Source of the DNA: Candidatus Poribacteria bacterium
GTDB taxonomy: Bacteria; Poribacteria; WGA-4E; WGA-3G
DNA length: 64,000 bases
Assembly (NCBI GenBank): GCA_965215265.1
Contig: OZ244048.1
Span: forward strand, 2,496,001-2,560,000
Direction: 5' to 3'
In this document: positions 58,635-64,000 of the stretch, one piece after another
Layout of the letters: the number at the start of each line of letters is the position of its first letter
Numbering within the stretch: position 1 is the stretch's first letter
Translations under genes and position numbers: made by a program
The notes under the pieces: generated by a model
Databases searched by the model: none
Told to the model about the DNA's origin: nothing
What the model saw: only the letters and a program-made list of their open reading frames with translations

Positions 58635-59792
58635 ATGAAAACTTATCTAGATTGGCTCGAATGTAGCAGCGGCTGTGTAAAAAAATACTCATATACTGAG
58701 CCGCAGAACGTGTGTACGTCGTGTGGGAAACCGTTATTTGCCCGGTATGACCTTCAAACCTTAGCAGAGACCTGGAAACGTGAGCATCTTTTATCGCGTG
58801 TGCCGACGTTGTGGCGTTACAGTGAGCTGCTGCCTATTTGCGAAGTGTTTAATCGCGTCACACTTGGTGAAACGATGACGCCGCTCATTCATGCGAAAAA
58901 GCTGGGTGCAACATTAGGCGATGCGCCCGAGGTCTGGATAAAGGACGAATCTCGTCTGCCGACAGGGAGTTTTAAGGCGCGCGGTTTAGCGTTAGCGGTT
59001 TCTAAGGCGAAGGAGTTGGGGTTGACGCAGTTAGCTATCCCGTCAGCAGGTAATGCGGCAACAGCCCTTGCCCTCTATGCAGCGTGCGCCGGCATCACTG
59101 CCAACATTTTTATGCCGAAAGATACGCCTGCTTTTAATCAGGAAACCTGCCGGCTTGCGGGTGCGAAGGTGACACTCATTGATGGTTTTATTACAGATGC
59201 GGGTAGAATTGTCGCAGAACGAAAACTGGATGAAGGGTGGTTTGACGTGTCTACTCTAAAAGAGCCGTATCGTGTTGAGGGCAAAAAGACGATGGGTTTT
59301 GAATTAGCAGAACAATTCGGGTGGGAGCTTCCTGATGTCATCATCTATCCGACCGGCGGTGGTACGGGTCTAATCGGCATGCGGAAAGCGTTTGAAGAAT
59401 TAATAGAGCTCGGGTGGATTAGCGATAAACTCCCAAGGTTCATCGCTGTGCAAGCCGCCGGGTGTGCGCCTATTGTGAAAGCGTGGGAGGAAGGTGCATC
59501 TGAAGCTGCGCCCTGGCAAGATGCAGAGACTATCGCCAGTGGTTTGCGCGTGCCGCAAGCAATTGGCGACTTTCTGATTTTAAACACAATACGGGTAACC
59601 GGTGGTGCTGCCATCGCAGTTACAGACGATGCCATCCGAGAGGCGATGCGATTGCTGCCGGCAACCGAAGGTCTTCTGACGTGCCCGGAGGGTGCGGCAA
59701 CTGTGGCTGCCCTCAAACAGTTAATCGGGAGAGGTATAATTGAGCGTAACGAGCGGATTGTGCTATTTAATACAGGTGGGTATCAATCTTAA
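58635..59792 (+). CDS. thrC: Threonine synthase
   Basis: Zn ribbon, PTGSFKARG, SAGNA, EGKKT, YPTGGG, PEGAA, FNTG. Confidence 0.85.
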   Translation: MKTYLDWLECSSGCVKKYSYTEPQNVCTSCGKPLFARYDLQTLAETWKREHLLSRVPTLWRYSELLPICEVFNRVTLGETMTPLIHAKKLGATLGDAPEVWIKDESRLPTGSFKARGLALAVSKAKELGLTQLAIPSAGNAATALALYAACAGITANIFMPKDTPAFNQETCRLAGAKVTLIDGFITDAGRIVAERKLDEGWFDVSTLKEPYRVEGKKTMGFELAEQFGWELPDVIIYPTGGGTGLIGMRKAFEELIELGWISDKLPRFIAVQAAGCAPIVKAWEEGASEAAPWQDAETIASGLRVPQAIGDFLILNTIRVTGGAAIAVTDDAIREAMRLLPATEGLLTCPEGAATVAALKQLIGRGIIERNERIVLFNTGGYQS

Positions 59793-59799
59793 ACGTTAG

Positions 59800-59858
59800 C
59801 GAAAAGTTCTTGTGCCTCTCAATACTTCGTGAAGCACAAGAACTTTTCGTCTTTTTTA
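59800..59858. terminator. Terminator hairpin between convergent genes
   Basis: 16-bp perfect stem CGAAAAGTTCTTGTGC / GCACAAGAACTTTTCG followed by a T run. Confidence 0.8.
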
Positions 59859-59903
59859 CCGGTCCGGGATATTTTCGCAGAATTAGATAGAACATAGGGC
59901 TAT

Positions 59904-60686
59904 CTATCGATTTTCCTTCTGTAGGTAATCGTAGGTGGGTTGTTCATTCTCATCGCTGCCAGTTTCTTCTGCCGGTGCCCCTTCTTCACCGACGCGGTAG
60001 CCGACGCGGTATTTTCTAACAGAGAGAATAGGGTAGGGTCCATCAAACCCAGTAATGATGCCGTGTACCTCAACCTCTTTCTGATTATTAGCGGCATCAA
60101 TTCGGAGTTGATCGAATTCAGCGTTTGCACTGAAGACGAATTTCTGGTCTTCGCTCCCCGCGTTCATGGCGTGATGTATATGAGAGGTATCCGGTCTCCA
60201 GCGTCGCCAAGACGGTACGTTTCGGATATAACTTCGTGCAAATCCGGGGTGTGCAAACAGGTCTCCGCGCACTGTTGCTTCGCTTTTAAGGATGCGGGAT
60301 TGCCCGAGTCCATGACGGCCACGGAATCGCGAATCGTTAAGCTGCCGCATAATATCGTATACGTCAAAAGTATGCGTTTCGCTATATTCAGAGGCACCTT
60401 GTCGGGGCTTGACTTCAACGACAGTGGTGAAAAGTCGTTTTTTCCCGTTTTTTCCAACTGGGGTATAGAAGGTAATGTCTTCAGCAGCCGCCCATGGTTC
60501 CAGCAACCGCCGGATCTGCCGGGCATCAGCGTTACTGACGACATCGGAAATCTCTATCTTTAAAGTTGCCACTTCAGCCGAACTGAGTGAGCTCATTCCT
60601 GCTAATAGGAGCAGGAGCAGCGCTCCGAAGGTGACACGCTGTAAACTGAGGAACCGCCAAGGGGTTCCTAAGTGTGTGCGTTTCAT
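59904..60686 (-). CDS. Secreted hypothetical protein
   Basis: Signal peptide (LLLLLLAGMSSLSSA); SD GGAG. Confidence 0.75.
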   Translation of the reverse strand: MKRTHLGTPWRFLSLQRVTFGALLLLLLAGMSSLSSAEVATLKIEISDVVSNADARQIRRLLEPWAAAEDITFYTPVGKNGKKRLFTTVVEVKPRQGASEYSETHTFDVYDIMRQLNDSRFRGRHGLGQSRILKSEATVRGDLFAHPGFARSYIRNVPSWRRWRPDTSHIHHAMNAGSEDQKFVFSANAEFDQLRIDAANNQKEVEVHGIITGFDGPYPILSVRKYRVGYRVGEEGAPAEETGSDENEQPTYDYLQKENR

Positions 60687-61168
60687 TGTGGTTTCCTCCG
60701 TTATTATATTCTCATTGTATCTATTATACCCTATTTTACGAAAAAAGTTGCAATAAAAAAAGTATTATATTATCTGAGTGGCGGATTTGCCTATGTGATG
60801 AGCTTAGGGGTGAAAATTTTATAATACTTCTCTACGCGGATGGTGCTTGAACAGTCAAGCCTCGGGGAAAAATATGGACTTGAGGGCCGCTGTAATGAAT
60901 CCAACGTTGTAATCTCTCCGTCTATAGATACACTTGCTAAAAACTAAATCGCCTAAAAAAAATTGTCTTGCTACTTGTCCGCAGAGTATATTACGATAAA
61001 ATTATAGTAAATACCTTAATGGTATTTGCTGTACGAATTTAATGAAACGCTCAATTAAAAAGTTGAAAAGGATTATAGAATATGTTAACATTTAAATAAA
61101 CTATTCCTATTAGAGGTTAAGAACGGTCCCATTAGGGAACGACGAAAGAGAAAGAGGAGGTCTGAGAG

Positions 61169-62098
61169 ATGAAAAAAAAGTTTTGGGTAGCGATGGTGCT
61201 TTCGGTGATGTGTGTTGCCACCACTTACGGACAATACAACGGTGAATGTTGGGTTGTGAGCGAGGGGAGTACGATTTATAAGTTATATTCAAATGGAAAC
61301 GCAGATATGAACGTTATCCCCAATTTAACACAAGCAAGTGCGGCTGAGGTGAATCCAGCAGATGGGGTTGTCTGGATTGCTGTATCAGCGGCAAATACCG
61401 TCTACCGGTATAATCCAAATAGTGGTGCGTTTCTTGAGATTCCGGATATCAACCGTCCAAGCATGATTTCCATTAATCCTGAAGACGGCTCTGCGTGGAT
61501 TGCCGGTTATGACGGTGTGAAAAAGGTTTCGGGCGATGGTACACAAATCCTCGCCCATATAGAGGCGCATGAACCGGCAGTTGCTGTGAATCCGAAGGAT
61601 GGAAGTTGTTGGATAACCAATGCGCGTGGGCCGATTGCGCGTTACGATGCAGCCGGGAATAAGGTTGCAGATGCCCCCCCGATGGGCGAACCGAAAGGCG
61701 TAACGGTTGACTATGAAGGCAACGCGTGGGTTGCAGATAGTCAGCACAGCATCCTCGTTCGACTCTCACCGGCAGGCGAGAAGTTGGTGGAACTCACTGA
61801 TATTCCGAATCCGACTTCTCCACGTATCAATCCCAAGGATGGCAGTCTCTGGGTAGTTTCTCAACAATCGATGCTGGTAAATTTGGCTAAAGACGGGACA
61901 AAGGTGACTGAATTTCCAGCAGGTATGGCAATTCTTGCAATTAGTATCTCCCCTGAGGACAACGGTATTTGGGTGGCGGACATGTTAGGCGAGTCGTTTC
62001 AAGGTGAAGTCAGTAAATTTTCTGCAAAAGGTGTGAAAATTTTTGCTAACGCCATTAAGCAACCGTCTTCCGTTTCGGTTGGATATTGGAAACCGTAG
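61169..62098 (+). CDS. Secreted beta-propeller protein (NHL/Vgb-like repeats)
   Basis: Signal peptide MKKKFW...TYG; ~40-aa repeats with (V/I)NPxDGSxW. Confidence 0.8.
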   Translation: MKKKFWVAMVLSVMCVATTYGQYNGECWVVSEGSTIYKLYSNGNADMNVIPNLTQASAAEVNPADGVVWIAVSAANTVYRYNPNSGAFLEIPDINRPSMISINPEDGSAWIAGYDGVKKVSGDGTQILAHIEAHEPAVAVNPKDGSCWITNARGPIARYDAAGNKVADAPPMGEPKGVTVDYEGNAWVADSQHSILVRLSPAGEKLVELTDIPNPTSPRINPKDGSLWVVSQQSMLVNLAKDGTKVTEFPAGMAILAISISPEDNGIWVADMLGESFQGEVSKFSAKGVKIFANAIKQPSSVSVGYWKP

Positions 62099-62346
62099 TG
62101 GGCGGAACGTGGGAAATTTCATCGAGATGCAAAACGATGCCCTTTACCGACAAGTCCGCATTTTTGGTGTTGTATAAACCGCTCGCTCTGTCACCGTGAG
62201 AGAAGGCGTATCGCGATCGGGAGGTTGCGCCTACAAATTGTGGATTGACAAGCGATAAACCTCGAGTTATAACGGTATGGAAATCTTTCTGACAGTAAAA
62301 GCAGGCGTGATTCGCCGGTCGCGCCAATAGATAAAGAGGAAGCATC

Positions 62347-64000
62347 ATGCGTAAGTCCTGTCTTATTGCAACAATAGCGATTTTTGTGGTTTCCGTTACG
62401 TTGGGTACGTTGGGCAGAAGTGCCCGCGCACATACGTTGGACGGAGGTGCCCACACGCAACATCCTGATTTTCATGTTGGCCCTGACAGCATCACCTTTT
62501 CTAACCCAAACCCTATTGAAGGCGAAGAGATTACTATCTATGTTGCAGTGAAGAACATTGGGGATGTGACACCGACCATGAATCAGGATTTGGTTGTTGA
62601 ACTTTACGAGGCGCATCCAGCCACACAGCCGCTCCAAATTCTATGTACGGATGTTATCTTAGAATTAAAACCCAGGCAAGCTGACCGTGTGAAAACGCAG
62701 TGGAGACCGCCTCCCGGACAGACTGAGATTTATGCTGTCGTTAACCCTAAAGGGAAACAGTATATTCATGAAGCAAACAGAGACAACAACGTCGCGTCCG
62801 CCGTGCTGGCTGCAAAATCGAGGACATTTCCTCCGGCAACCCCGGAGAGCATCCAGAACGCAATCGCCAAAGGAGTGGCGTGGATTGAGGCACAACAAGG
62901 TAAACACAGCCGTATCTGTCTACAGTGTGGGACTGAAAACCAACTGATTTTAACTTGTATTGCTTGTGGTGCAAACCTGAAAGGTGTCGCTGAAAATTTT
63001 GTGCCCGGCTCTGTTTGGGATTTTGGAGAAGACCGAACCCAGGAGACATCGCTTGCCTTGCAGGCATTGTTCGCCTCTGGCCGTACTCCAGATCATCCGT
63101 CGGTTCAGAAAGGTATCACCTTTCTGCTGGAACAGAATTGGAACGAGTTTGCCGTTTACCACTATGCGGTCATAGTGCCTGTTTTAGTGGCAAGTCAGAA
63201 TCCTGCGTATAGAGAACGCGTCCAATTCGCTGTGAATCAGTTAGTCAAAAAGCAGCTGCCGGTTCCCGGAAGTGAATTTGCTGACGAGCGAGACGATGGC
63301 GGCTGGGGCTATGGCTACAGTGCGGATGGCGCGCACATGAACATGGTCGTCTACGCGCTCTATGCAGCCAAGCATGCCCAACTTGAAATTCCACAGCAGG
63401 TCTGGGAACGTGCGGAACAGTGGATCCGTAGGAACCAAACCGAAACTGGTGGCTGGCTCTATAATCTGGTAGAGGAAGGTTCTCCCTGGGCAATAGGTGT
63501 TTACGGTAGTATGACGGCAACGGGGCTGTGGGCACTTCGTGCGTGTGGTGTACCTGTGGAAGACCCACAAATTCAGAAAGGCACCGCATGGGTAAAAAAG
63601 CATTGGACTTTGACCCGGAACCCCGGCTCTAACTCCTGGCTGTACTATTATCTCCTTTCGTTGCAACGGTTCTGTGACATTCCGCCCAGCCTCAATACAC
63701 TTGCTGGACATAACTGGTACGATGCATTTGCGGGGATGATGGTGGCAAAACAGGAAGCAGATGGAAGATGGCGCGATTCAGAAGGTGATTTTACCGCTAC
63801 CTGTTTCGCCGTGATGACCTTGAACCATGCCCTGGTGGGGCCGACAGCGCCTAATATCGGGATTGTACCGCGGAGCCTGCGGTTTTCGCCCCCGGCACCC
63901 CGTGTTGGTGAAGCTGTACGCCTGAGCGTCACACTCAGAAATACGGGAACTCCATTTGATGAACTTCTGAATGTTGAATTCTATGCAGATGACGTGAAGG
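62347..64000 (+). CDS. Partial secreted protein: CARDB + CxxC..CxxC Zn ribbon + prenyltransferase/squalene-cyclase-like alpha/alpha repeats + CARDB
   Basis: Manual translation from ATG 62347 (SD GAGG): signal peptide, VKNIG...EANRDNN, CLQC...CIAC, DGGWGY, QTETGGWLY, QEADGRW, LRNTG. Open to the window edge; absent from the ORF track. Confidence 0.8.
   Translation, partial: MRKSCLIATIAIFVVSVTLGTLGRSARAHTLDGGAHTQHPDFHVGPDSITFSNPNPIEGEEITIYVAVKNIGDVTPTMNQDLVVELYEAHPATQPLQILCTDVILELKPRQADRVKTQWRPPPGQTEIYAVVNPKGKQYIHEANRDNNVASAVLAAKSRTFPPATPESIQNAIAKGVAWIEAQQGKHSRICLQCGTENQLILTCIACGANLKGVAENFVPGSVWDFGEDRTQETSLALQALFASGRTPDHPSVQKGITFLLEQNWNEFAVYHYAVIVPVLVASQNPAYRERVQFAVNQLVKKQLPVPGSEFADERDDGGWGYGYSADGAHMNMVVYALYAAKHAQLEIPQQVWERAEQWIRRNQTETGGWLYNLVEEGSPWAIGVYGSMTATGLWALRACGVPVEDPQIQKGTAWVKKHWTLTRNPGSNSWLYYYLLSLQRFCDIPPSLNTLAGHNWYDAFAGMMVAKQEADGRWRDSEGDFTATCFAVMTLNHALVGPTAPNIGIVPRSLRFSPPAPRVGEAVRLSVTLRNTGTPFDELLNVEFYADDVK

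Noticed and set aside
62211-62235. GTAG-type REP-like element (also near 49100-49125)
   Set aside because: Isolated degenerate copies with no associated transposase; too weak to call.
62191-63932. Several short ORFs on both strands
   Set aside because: They overlap the long + strand CDS starting at 62347.

Overview
A 64-kb bacterial chromosomal window (roughly 50% GC). The gene repertoire suggests a Candidatus Poribacteria-like, sponge-associated organism; this is inference from an LRR/lamin-tail surface protein with a C-terminal GKL..W..LK motif, WD40 remnants, Rpn genes, many RM genes and sulfatase/Gfo-Idh catabolism. Housekeeping and metabolic genes (moeA, mobA, gatCA, pcrA, uvrA, ctpA, argF, thrC, inositol catabolism) alternate with accessory loci. 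Features the ORF track does not show: (1) a tandem rhodanese with an in-frame UGA at the catalytic Cys, likely a selenoprotein; (2) a His/CxxC/RAPP leader ORF ahead of a His-rich lipoprotein, a TonB-dependent receptor and a MerC-like gene; (3) an LRR surface protein whose start codon and signal peptide are out of frame across a C8 tract, behind a structured ~260-nt leader; (4) an RM island inside the inositol gene cluster, with duplicated BsaWI-like nucleases, an HNH/MTase pair and a hidden MTase pseudogene; (5) a locus of collapsed WD40 genes with ~150-bp direct repeats, where an Rpn gene lies between the 5' and 3' remnants of a WD40 gene and both Rpn genes carry internal GGAGGT-ATG starts. 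No rRNA, tRNA or convincing CRISPR array was seen.
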